This document shows positions 1 to 54,355 of a stretch of 64,000 nucleotides of DNA, piece after piece. The position numbers and the translations under genes are program-made. The stretch is from Chrysomallon squamiferum (lineage: Eukaryota > Animalia > Mollusca), in contig CM022671.1 in assembly GCA_012295275.1 (NCBI GenBank), forward strand, positions 16,182,001 to 16,246,000, written 5' to 3'. The first letter of the stretch is position 1; each line of letters begins with the position of its first letter. Under the pieces are notes generated by a model. It was given only the letters and a program-made list of their open reading frames with translations, searched no databases and was not told the origin of the DNA.

Positions 1-677
1 AAAAAAAAAAATGGCTTGAATGATAAGAACAGAAAAATTGAAAAGAAAATAAATAATACAGAAATTTTATTCCAATTTTTTTCCCTTCTTATCAGGTTTA
101 TGAAATAATAAGAAATAATGACAAAAATAACTAAGTAATTAATTGAATTTATATATATATATATTTTTTTTTTTTTTCACACCAGCACAAATTGTAAACT
201 ACTGTTTAATTTTACCAGAATTTCAACGAAATTATTATGCATTTGTTTGGAATCACATTCTTCTTTTTTTTATACTTCTGATATTATTAATATTATTGGT
301 AGAATGTTGGATTCGGAGCTGATGACCTTGTTTTAACATTTCAGTTCTTCTTTGGTCCGTTATTTTTCTGAAGACGACACCAAAAATGAAAACCTATATT
401 GTACCTCCAGTGTTCGATACTTTGGTTAAGTTACGACCTACAATATCTTACAGTCACTTCACAAATTGGTCATTTCCAAACACTGTAAAAATTCAGTGTC
501 GTGTATTTGATGGGGCAATTTCTACGCGTTTCTCGCATTTTATTGTACGGTATACAGAATTTTTAAAACCGTGTGGGCAATAATATATTTAAATAATAAT
601 AATAATTTTTTTTTTTTTATAAAGTAACAGAAAGAGAATATACAGAAACGAAACGGCAAGTAACAGTATTAAATAAA

Positions 678-711
<34 letters not shown>

Positions 712-3700
712 TTGTCTTTATACACTTCTGCATCATAATTTTTTACAACAGATTTGCACTGAGCATATAAATCGTTTGAAGTACACATACAACAATCTTT
801 TCAAACTGAATTAATTTTGTTTTCGTCTAGATTTTAATGACGTCTTCATTGCCGTGAAATAACGATACTGAAGACGGTGATTGAGTTGTTCCAGTGTTCC
901 TGGTACAAATATCATTTCCACTTTATTTAAGTACTAACATAACCGCGTCTCTGTAGGTTTCGTGTTATAAGGTTTTCTAACCGTGTGTCTAGACAGCAGG
1001 ATATTGCTTAGAGCGCTGTTAGATGTAAAAACCACAATGGTTTCGTCTTATCGCGTTTTGTCTCAAGTTTTTCGATTTTGTATTATTAAATACAGGACAT
1101 CCTGACTTTACTCAGAAATACTTCATCATGTTTGAACAGTTTTTTCTTTCACAGAAGTTCTGGAAATTTCAGTCTCTGTAAAAACAAAATGATCAAAAGA
1201 AAAATACGTGGAAAAGTATTACTCTAAATTTACGTTAGTTAATATCTCAGACTGTGAGGTGCAAAAGTTTACCAATTTAAAATTCAAATACAGGGATATG
1301 TCGTAACAATAATTAAAAAGTAGTATTAAGAAAATCTAAGAAAAAAAAAATATTAATAAAACAGTATTAAAAAATAATAAAATGTAAACGACAAACTGTC
1401 TTTGCTGATTATAGATGAATAAAATATTTTTGAATTGTTATTTTTTTCTGACAACGTGGAATGACCATTGATACTAGCTATATACTGATTAAAACCGGCG
1501 AGCATCTCGTATACCGAATACCCAACTTAATAAAAGCATTTATTTATAATGTAAGGCTTGTGATTAAGTTTAAGTCATCTTTATAATCCAACTTTTAATT
1601 TTTTTATAATGAATCAGTTTGCTAAATGTAATAACAAATAAATAATGAATTTAGAGAAGAAAAAACAAAAACGAAAAAGACAACAAACAAAGTCACGATA
1701 TGTTCATATAAATTTAGTAACTCACATCAGTGTCAGTACAATAATATGACTCATACACTCATAATAGCCAAATCAACAGGCAGGCATCAAGATTACAGAG
1801 TACATAAATACATAGAGGTCAACCTCGTAATGGAATGAAACATCGCTGCATAAAGAAATAACAAAAACAATATTAAAACAAGATAATAATAATAAAGAAA
1901 AAAAAAAAAAAAAGAAAAGAAATGAAAATGTACAAATTCTGCAGCAGTGTATCATAAAAATAAAAGCATTTATGGAAAATGATCTTTTAATAACTTGATC
2001 AAGTAATGAAACATATCCGGCTGTGTTTTGTGTCATCATTTAGGTTTTTTAATAACCTCTGCATTAAGCAAGGATACTGAAGTTGTAATAGGGGTGTTTT
2101 AGAGTTTAACCGAAACGTATACAGCAACAACTTTTACATTAATAATATCGACAGAATCAGTTAGCTGTTTTGGTTTCTTTTATTATCTTAAACTGACTGT
2201 GATAATCAGAAACGAGCTTTTAGCTCAAATGTTAGGAGCACACGATCATGCGGCCCCCTTCACATGTAAATTAATACGTTCATTTTTAAAATTAGAAATA
2301 TTAAATTTGCAGTAGAACTGAATCCAAAATATAACAATAACGAAAAAAAAAAAAAAAAAAAATGAGTAACAGAAATTCTGTTCAACTTAAGAATGAAATA
2401 TGAAAGTTTCTAAAACAGATCACAGTACAGACCTAACTGGTGATTTAATTAGTGGGAACAGACTTTAAAGATGCCGATGCAGATACAAGTGTCTGTGAAC
2501 CTGTTAATGGCAAGAACGGGAAAATTAGATACAAACAAATGTACAATGGTGTTCTAGGAGGATATAAAATGGTAAGGAAAAGATACTGCGTAAGGGTTTT
2601 TTCTTTGGTTTATTTATGGGACTAATGATGATTTGTGTATCAAATATATAGTCATTATTTATCATATTTCAAAATAATGTGGGCTTTGGGTTCTGGGAAG
2701 CACTAGCAACCTTTGATCTTTTAATACTAAATGAAATCACATAAAAAGTGAGTCAATGATAGTAATTACTTTAATTCAGACAATTTTGTTTCGTTTAAAA
2801 TATTAACACTTGTAGCAACAGATCAAAGATATGTTTTGAAGTCAATTAATGAGACATTTTATATTTGTACAAAAAATAATTGTTTATTTCTCTTTGAGAA
2901 AAAAAAAGATAAATATTTTTTTCAGTTTTATTATATGACTTTTATTCATCTGATTAAATCTCTAAAATTATATTATGTTATTCTATACAGTTAAATAAAC
3001 ATTTGTAAGTATTATGAGTATTGTCCAGTAACTGAAAATGTCAATAATAATTCTTCCGATGTTTGAAAAATAATACATAAAGGGGAACAAAAACAGGATT
3101 TCTAAAACAAAAATGGACGAGTCTCATCTGTGATGTTTATAACCTTCAGAATTATTTACTAGTCAAAGGAAAACAAAATAATAAAGGTGGGCACATTATA
3201 CAAGATGAATTTGTCCATTTTGATCCCAAATAAAATGACAAAAGAGCATTTCACTGCTTCATGAATTATAAAAATCAACAAATGAATCAGAGCTGGAAAT
3301 CTGATTATGATGTCAATGATATTTTAATGAGATTACTATGAGCTGACTGGTAAAATATATTGATTTATGCTTCAAAATATATTTGATTACAATGACGTCA
3401 TTTTTTTTTTATACACTGTCAAGCATAAGCTAATAGAAATATCTACAAAGGAATTTAAAAAACCCAGAAAACAACTGATAATACAAAACTGCATTAATTA
3501 TAATATCATGTTAAACAAATGTTTTCTTTCCTTTCATTTCTGTACATGATATTTTACTGTGAACCAGACATTTTTTTATCTACAAACCAAATCATTCACT
3601 CTTAGAATCAGATGGAAAAACTGACAAAAATTGAAAAAAGGTATATATATTTTTTTTTATAACAAGTAGAAACTGAAATGCATAAAGGTAAATTAATGAT

Positions 3701-3860
3701 TTTATGCCCATATGGCTGAAACAGGCTGGTATTAAATTTTTTGAAGAAAACTCAGTTGATCAAAATACAGTCAAAAAAATTTAAAAATTATTTATTTTAT
3801 TATGTGGCCATCACAGAAACAGCAAAAGTTTGTTTCAAGTGAAAATAAATGAAAAAAAAC

Positions 3861-3897
<37 letters not shown>

Positions 3898-4913
3898 TTA
3901 AAACTGTTAAATAAAATAAATTAAAAAAAAAAAAAAAAATTGGGAGCAACCCAACAATTTTAATCCAAAATTAATTATATCTTACCTCGGAGGCATTACT
4001 TTGGGTTGTCTACCAGCACAAAAGAAAAATTATAATAATAAAAATATTAAAATAAATAAATAAATAAATAAAGAATAGCATTAATAAAAACAGAAAGAGT
4101 AGATTAAAGCAAAATTAATTTCAAAAAAAAAAAAAAGAAAAAGAATAAAAGTCATTTCAAACCTATAAAAGAAAAGATATTTGAGTTGTTGTCAAACATC
4201 AGTTAAGAGATGTAACAAAACATGGGTAATAAGTTAGTAACATGTATCAATCAGCACTTGTTAAGCAATAAAGTTGTATAAAATAGTGACTGAAGAGGAC
4301 AAAATTGTGCATAGCTGAGTTTATTACAGTGCAAGTCAGACAGTCCACACAGGTCGGAACAAATATCTGTTTTATCATTCACAAGTTTTCACATTACTTC
4401 TTCTTCTTCTTATCATTATTATTATTCAACCTACATCTCCTTAGACAGTCAATGTTTTGACAGGTTTTCAGTGGGCTTGTGTGGTTGTCATGGTAAACTG
4501 GAGGACTTGCAATGGGCACATTTGGGAATGTTGACAAATTTTGCATAAAACACAAAAGACTTTTGAAATATTGCTGTTTCTCTCTCAGTGTCCAGTGTTG
4601 TATTGTTATTATTATTGTTATCATCATTATTATGATTAACTTCTGTCACTTTCAGCTGTTGCATTCCACAACGTTCATCGTGTCAAATTCATCATCAAAC
4701 AAAACCTCATATATTATAAACAATATCAACAAAAAGAAATTTCTCCTTGGAAGAACAAATCATTCACTTGTGCAATCCTTTTCAGTTTCAGTGGGAAGAA
4801 ACACAGAACATTTTACTCTGTAATGCTTTGATATGTCATTATCATCTTCTTCACCAATCTCAAAAGACAAAAAAATGGTTTTAGACATATTTGTAGTTTA
4901 TTATTCATAGCAC

Positions 4914-4945
<32 letters not shown>

Positions 4946-5111
4946 AAAAAACAATATTCAAAGTCTGGCATGAAAACGACATGAAGCCTTTGTACAGAGT
5001 CTTATTTAGAAAAATGAAGTTTAAAGGCAAGAATTGATAAACCCATAATACTGTCTGAATAGTCTCAGACACTGTGTTGTCAGTGAAAGACATGTGGTCA
5101 GCTCAGCAATA

Positions 5112-5164
5112 CTACAGTACATCTCCCATCAGCTCCTCAAAGAAACTGTCATCAATGGTATCTC
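5112..5164 (-). CDS. Candidate alternative terminal exon (GDTIDDSFFEELMGDVL*) reached via a GC donor at 5610
   Basis: CTGACTGAC branch-like motif then GTGCAG acceptor; phase matches CAG|GCAAGA in exon 34. Confidence 0.4.
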
Positions 5165-5219
5165 CTGCACATGAATGTCAGTCAGAGATACTTCATATTT
5201 AGTTAGTCTGGCAACCAAC

Positions 5220-5450
5220 AGTTACTGGTGGTGGTTATCAGTTTCTGCAACAATTGGTTGTTGACTACAGCCACAATGTTGCAACCATCCATTAGTGACT
5301 ATAATCACAATGTTTGCAACCATCAGTTTGTAACTATAACCACAACATGTTGCAACAATCAATTAGTAACTATAACCACAATGTTGCAACCATCAATTAG
5401 TCACTACAATCACAATACTGAAACATCATTTAGTGACTATAATCACAATG
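5220..5450. repeat. ~35-bp degenerate minisatellite
   Basis: Repeated tgttgcaaccatcaattagtgactataaYcacaa. Confidence 0.85.
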
Positions 5451-5590
5451 ATGTCATCATTGTTTTGTTTTTTTACTGTAGCCATTGCATCTTCCATCAT
5501 AATCAGATTAGATGAATTTCAAGTCACAGCTACTGTATTTCTGTACTGTCCTTTCAGAAAACATGCTGTGTGTCACATCCTTCCTCTTCA

Positions 5591-47156
<41,566 letters not shown>

Positions 47157-47270
47157 TTTTGTCCTTTACTGACTCGCACTCATTCTGTGATATCTGTTTA
47201 TCCTTCCGTCCTCCGGTAGCATCAATCTGCATTCACACTGGCATCTCCAGTCCACAGATTATTCACAAGT
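47157..47270 (-). promoter_or_regulatory. 5' UTR part of the first coding exon, with four upstream ATGs
   Basis: T-rich tract plus ttacag acceptor ending at 47271; uATGs at 47244, 47232, 47222 and 47183. Confidence 0.65.
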
Positions 47271-47764
47271 CTGTAAGTAGTAAAAAAAAAAAATATAAAA
47301 AAAAAAATAAAATAAAACCTCATTAAATTACAAAGAACTTCCAATGTCTACACGAATTAGTTTGTTAATAGCTGATTATCTAATAACAAAAGAGTGTTAA
47401 ATTAATAACAGAGTGCACAGTAATAATAACTATTGACTGGTGTCTAAGCATTGGGTACAGTCACGGATTCACTCAGTGCTAAATGGGTTAAGTAGATAGT
47501 AATTAAAAATTATGTCTGTCCTAATATGGAAAAATGTAATTTTATTGTACTGTTTGTCTTAGTAAGTAGAACAGGCTTATTTGCTGGTATGGTCGATTCA
47601 TAAGAATTTTTTTTTTTTTTTTTTTTTTTCATAGCTGTTGATACATAAGTGATAGGATAATACATTTTAAAATATAATATTAGACAAATAATATTAGCCA
47701 TTGTACTTCTATCTGCTATAATAATGAAATCAGTTATAAATTCTATATTCAACTTCTAAACCAA

Positions 47765-48085
47765 TCATGTAACCATAACTAAGTATATTTGGTCATGTAC
47801 TTCAAGTAATAAACATTATGTGTCTTTTTAAAGAAGTTTGTTTATTCATAAACTTCAGCTTCTAAATATGTAACCATAAAGAAATACACTTATTCATAAA
47901 CTTCAGCTTCTAAATATGTAAATTAAAGTCAAAAAAGTTTCTATACATGTAACCATAAAGAAGTATGAATAGTCATAAACTTCAGCTACAAAACGTTAAC
48001 CATAAAGAATTATCACTAGTCATAAACTTCATCTTCTAAACATGTAACCCACAAAGAATTATGTTCAGTCAAATAATTCAACTTG
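47765..48085. repeat. Degenerate ~50-bp tandem repeat
   Basis: Repeated catgtaaccataaagaa...tcataaacttcagcttctaaa. Confidence 0.8.
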
Positions 48086-50039
48086 CTAAACTAGACCAAC
48101 ATTTTGCTGTTTTTGAAAAACCACTATGACAACCACACACAAAACTTTTTACAGTTATATTTTGATTTGTCTTCAAACAGATAGGTGCATGTCTCTCTCT
48201 CTCCCTCCATGTCTCAGATAAGTAGTCTGGAGGAACCTGGTCTCTCTGTTACACTCAAGTGAATGAGCTCATGTTACATGCCGTTGTGGTAACTTTTCTC
48301 AGCCGCTCAAGTGCTGGCTGGCTCCATCTCAAGTCTTTGAAGTAGATGTATTTCTGGTGGTGACACCAAAACTGAGTGGCAATTAGCCAAGTAATTAGTC
48401 ACAGCGAGAGGAAAACCCCACCTTTTTTCACATCCGCAGCAGAACTTTATCATGTTAATTTATGCAGGAATATGTTTTTTTCCTCTTTTTTTTCCCTAAT
48501 TTTTTTCAACATTTTTTTTAAAAAAATTCGAAAAACATGTCAATAACTGATATAATATTATTTCTAAGAAAGATGTTTTTTGGGGGGACTAAAAGTATAT
48601 GATGGGAAAGAAAAATGTAGAAATGGATTTTATGCATCTTTTGGTACTTAAGAATGATTTTGAGGCATATGTACAGTGGTATGAAAATGGGGCGGGGTAA
48701 ACATGTCAACAACTATTTACTGATAAAAGTACAGTGGAAATAATAGGAAAAATAAAGAATCTGAGCTTCTATAAACTGGAATGAAATTTTCATTAAGCAA
48801 AACTGAACTGTGCAGTTTGAAGAATTCTCAATTTGTGAACTTTTGTCTCTGCATGAGATCAAATGTAGAGGGAGAGAAATCTTCAGTATAAAATCAACTT
48901 CAACTTAAGATTCTTAACATATCTGCACTTGACTATTTCATAAAGAAATTTAAAAATGTTACAAGTTTACCAGTTTTTACATCATAAACATAGATGAGAT
49001 TCGTAGATGAGTTATACATGTTACAAGATTTGTAACAAAAAACAACACCACCATGAAATAGATGAATGTCTTTTTGTATAGATAAAAACAAAAAACCCAT
49101 CTTTTTCAAATATCTTCAGTATTTCCTTAATCTTAGGCTAAAAGGAATACAAAACATCACTTTTTTCTTTATACTATATTAAATGTTTTAACATTGATCC
49201 ATATTTTATTTTCTCATAGGAAAAGATAATTTGAAACAGATATTCAGTAACTGCAACAAACATAATTAGGGCATTAGCTTGACACTGCTCCAATCTAGAA
49301 AAAACTTGTTACATCACTTTTTTTTTTTTTTTAAACTTAACTATTTCAGCTTCTATTAGATTTTACCACATCATTAAACACAATAACAATCTTAAAAATA
49401 ACAACTAAACAAGATTTTCAGTCTGACCAAATCTTCTAACACATCAGAGCCTATAGACTTTTAACCAACTGAACACTCTTAAAACATATTTTCTCAAAAG
49501 ACACTTAAAAATATAACTTCCTTCTTTTTTTTTCTTGACATCCAGACAGATGAAAGTATCGGTTACATTTAAAACATAACAGAAATCCAAATTTTGTTTA
49601 AAAAAATCAAAACGAAATGTTTAGGAAAATAAAAGCTGCCAACACATAGATGTATTGACATGGAGTCCCAAGAGCACAACCATCTGCCCTTTACATAACA
49701 TCAGCCCACCATGATGAAATTAGCATCAAAGGGTGGCAGTCTACTGCAATTTGTATACAACAGTTAGCAGGCAATAAATTTTATACCATCTGGGGCGTGA
49801 CATGAATCTTTCAATGCTCGGAAGAAACATCCCAGCATGCAACGGGAAGAGTTGGTTAAGAATGAAGTAAGACCATGGAGGGAGGATGCTGGCCACATCT
49901 TTGTTTGCATCATCATAAAACGTTAGCTGTAAATCTGAAACAAGTTTACACACCTTGTCAGAGGCCAGGTGTGAGCCATCAAGGAAACAGTGCATACCGA
50001 AACCATTCGCTTTGCATCCAGAACACACGGACCTTTAAT

Positions 50040-50270
50040 AGCGTTAGCTGTACCTTAGATGTCCTCGATAAACTTTCAGTCGATCAGCCAGGGAAAAGGG
50101 GCCATCAAACGAAACACAGATTTATGACTTTTGCAACAGGATGAAAAAGTTTGGTCCTTAAATGGTATAAGCTGTAACACCTATTACCATTTAGATGTCC
50201 TCGATAAACTTTGGGTCGTTCAGGCAGGGAAATGTCCATTAGCCACACCAACATTTATGACTTTGCCAAA
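50040..50270. repeat. ~135-bp spaced duplication
   Basis: ttagatgtcctcgataaacttt...atttatgacttt occurs twice. Confidence 0.75.
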
Positions 50271-53200
50271 CAAAACTTGGAATGCCAAATTGATGCTTAA
50301 TGAACAGTGAACAAAAACCTGAACATCAAAGGGGCAAAATTAGAAATGGAAAGTTATATATAGCAGAAATAGTTGCAGTAGAACTAGTAGTGGTGGTAGT
50401 AGTGGTATTGTTGGTTGTGGTGGTGGTAGTGGTGATGATAATGGTGGTAATAGTGATAATAAAAAAATAAATTAATGTTGTAATAATTTTCAAAAAACGG
50501 AAGACAAGTATTTATAAATACTTAAACCTTAAATAACAGAGAAATAACACAATAAAAATAAATTATAATTAAAATTAATTTTATACAAAAATATAATTTA
50601 CTAATTATAAAAAAAACCTATTTCTTTTTATCAGAATAAAATTCACAAATAATGACAACTATTTTGCTCTCCAAAGATTTTAAAAAACCAAAAAAATTAT
50701 TATATATATATACATACACACACACAGACAGACAGACACACACACTGACATGTACCTCAGTAAACACCCACATATTAATATTTTTATCAGCATATTCAAC
50801 AACAAAATAACTACACTCACAATTAATCAATGAACAATAAATTAAATTATATTTAATACAAAATATTGACTACAACAATATGAAATAAAAATGTCTCACA
50901 ATGGCAATGAAAATCCATCAATCCAAACAGCAGTGTATATCAGTCCTTTAAATAAATAAAAACAAGCTTCAGTTTGTGATGGTCACCACCAGCAGTCATA
51001 AAGACAGTATCCAGATTGTAGACTTCACCACCTGCAAGGTCATGTGGTCAATGGGCTACTGGCAGAAGTCTATGTACTGACCAGTGGTCAGTGTGTGACT
51101 TAACTAGCTTGATTAGACCCAATGGGACTGGGCAGGCAGCTGAGGGGAGGAGCCAAAGACCGACAAAGTTCATGTATACTTTCACAATTCACATCTGTGA
51201 TAAATAGTCAAGCAGAATTTACATGCCCCTGGAATTAATCATCAGAGTCCAGTGGGGTTTTTAGCTCAAGCCACACAGAATGAATAAGTTATTGCATTTT
51301 TTATTTTATTTTTCACCTTGGACATAGATGATGCAGATAAAAAATTTCTAGATTAATGGTAAGAGCTTCAAAAATACATTATTGCCATCATAGGCAAGAA
51401 AGAGGATTCTGGTTAGAACAGGAAATAAAAGCTCATCACAGGGTACTACTGACTGTATGATAACAGTTTTTAAGAAAATGTATTCATTTCTTTTTACATT
51501 GTTGAATCAATCATTTTCTTCACTGTTTTTCTGAAGTTTCCTTTTGTCTTTTAAAGCAGACAATGTTGAGTTACACATTTCTACTAAACTAGTCAGTTGT
51601 CATATTCCTACTGGAATAACTAGTTCTGAAGTTGTTTATAAATTTATGCTGAACTTGACTAACAAGCTGCAACATCCCTACTACGTTAATCTAGGATGCT
51701 TGCTGTTCGCACACATTTCTACTAGACTAGACTAGTAAGTTGTTCAAAAATGTCTACCAGACTAGACTAGTAGGTTGTTCACACACTTCTACTAGACCAG
51801 ACCAGAGGTTTGCTCCTGCTAACCAAACTCACCTGTGCATTCTTTCCACTAAATTTAACAAAAACTCAGGGGAGCATTCAAAGCGACATCATCGGTGATT
51901 CGATATCAAAGTTTGATAAGCAGCATGCAGAAAGTGACATGTGTTTTCCATTGCTGCCGTTACACACATCATTAACATTGGCTTCATCAAGCTGCAGGAA
52001 CATCTCTGCATTCACCCTCATGAAAAATTCACTCTTCTTGTTTATTACTCTTTGTTTAAACGCTTACTCAACTCAAAATTGAGTTCATATATATATATTT
52101 TTTTATTATTTTTTTTTTTTTATTGTGTGTGTGGATCTGGCAGTTTAAGAAAAGCTTGTGCAAATTAGTTCATTTTGTACTATAACAGTTTATGTTTAAT
52201 TGTATTATATATTATTCTTATCATCATCATCATCATCATCAAAATTATTATTATTAATACTGTTATTGCAGCATCACTACTACTACCACTGCTACAACTT
52301 AATTGAGTCAAGTACAGGCTTGTTTTTTTTTTTAAAAATCAGAAGAAACAATATCAAAAATTAAACAAACAGGATGAGAAAAAATTGTGTTTACTGAAAA
52401 TGCTTTTAATATATTTTGTTTTAAAAAATAATGGAAAAAAAAAAAAAAAAATAACAAACACCAAAACAACAGATCAAATAAAACAATAGGGAAATACATC
52501 TAAGAACCACCAATCACACCAACAAATGCTTGAAAAGCCAAGGACTGTTGACTTAGCAATAAACTCTTCACTTTAATTTAACGACTTTCTCTCATTGATC
52601 TCAAACCTCTGTGTTTCTTTAGCATTACCAGTAAACACACTAGGGCCCGTGGGTTAAAATGGTAGAAAAATAGCCAAATTATGAGAGCGAAATTTGAGTA
52701 GGGGCAGCTTCGTGTCTCAAATGAAGGAAATAAAGTTTTCAACAGCTCATATTCATATCCGGTCCGGTCAGTATAATCAGAGGTCAAACATTTTATGACA
52801 CCTCTAATTTTTACAACTTGCATATACATAGGCGAAAAACAAGTATTGTAAATTTAAAACAAAAAAAAGGGTGAACCTATTTATTTATTAAATTAAAACT
52901 TTTGGTATGACAACTCTGATTTTCACAATTTGGTAAAAAAACAAAAGAATGATATTTTAAATATAAAACAGAAATAATAAATTTATTCATTAATTAGTAG
53001 CTTCTAAGTGGTTTTGTTTGTTTTTATGTGATTTATATTTTATATTAGAAAAAAGGCATGTTTACATATATATATATATATATATATAAACACACATGCA
53101 CACATTGTTTGATTTTAAAAAATACATTTTTTAAAGCAATAGTAAAAATCAGATAAACACTAATATATTACAGTCTGTATATGAAAGGATTAAACATAAA

Positions 53201-53664
53201 AAAAAATCATCAGCAACAAGGGAATAATTATTTTTTAATTTTCTATACTTGGAAACTATAGAGAAGATTACATGAAAAAAGATACAGAAAAAACTAAAAT
53301 CAGCTTAACATGTTAGATGTAAAATATTAATCAATAGATTACTTATTGATATAACCTTGTTCAAAGTAAAAAAAACACAAAAATTAATTTGCTAATGGAA
53401 TTGTCTGAATAGCTCAATAGCACAGGACTAGCTTGAGGACCAATAGCTTGTATGATCTATTCCCCTTGTGCAATCTCTGGAATAATACCCCAATCCAGCC
53501 AGTTCCCAGCCATGGCTGTTATCAAAAGTTGTGTGTTTATGTGTCTGTGTCTTTATAAGATGTTGTCATATAATGTCTTTCTAATAATTATTATCTTATT
53601 TCCAACAGCCCCCAAATTAACAAATATTAAATAAAACAAATTAATTAATTATTAATAATAATAA

Positions 53665-53719
<55 letters not shown>

Positions 53720-54029
53720 AGAGATAATAAAAAATAAAAAGATAGGCAGCTAAGTATTTATTTTTTAATGTTATTAGATATAATACGATTGATGTCTAAT
53801 AGCAATTAATTACAAATTTTTGTTTTTTATTAAATGTAGTAAAATCTGTTTTCTAATATAGTTTCACCAACCAATCTGTTGTATCATTCACATTTTTATA
53901 AGCCTTAACAATGGTTAAAAAGATGAAAAAAACTATTACTGAGAATACATATTAACACGTAACTTGAGAACACTAGTAGGAAATAACTATTCTATAATCT
54001 GTTTAATTCTCAACTGTGATCACAAACAG

Positions 54030-54355
54030 ATGAAAATTTACACTTAATTCATCTTTGTACTTGCTTGTCCTATTTCAGTAAAGCTCATCTGTTGGTTAAT
54101 TTCATTTTATATTTTAACAATTTTACTGCAGTGAAAACTTACACTGAAAAGGACAGACACATCTTTATAGCTGTATATCCCATTTCAATTAACTTCATCT
54201 GCTGGCTATTTCCATTTTAAATTTATTAAATTCTCCTACAATGAAAACTTACACTGAAAATCATCTTTTATCACTGAATGCTGTCCTATTCCAATTAAAT
54301 TCATCTGTTGGTTAATTTCATTCAACATGTTCAAAATTTTACTACAATGAAAACC
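54030..54355. repeat. Degenerate ~110-bp tandem repeat, ~3 copies
   Basis: tcatctgYtggYtaWttYcatt...tgaaaacttacactgaaaa recurs. Confidence 0.75.

Noticed and set aside
386-583. 65-aa plus-strand ORF
   Set aside because: No recognisable homology or exon structure.
4760-4858. Possible further terminal exon (IGEEDDNDISKHYRVKC...)
   Set aside because: Needs a rare GAG acceptor, gives an immediate stop in the GC-donor phase, and has no plexin similarity.
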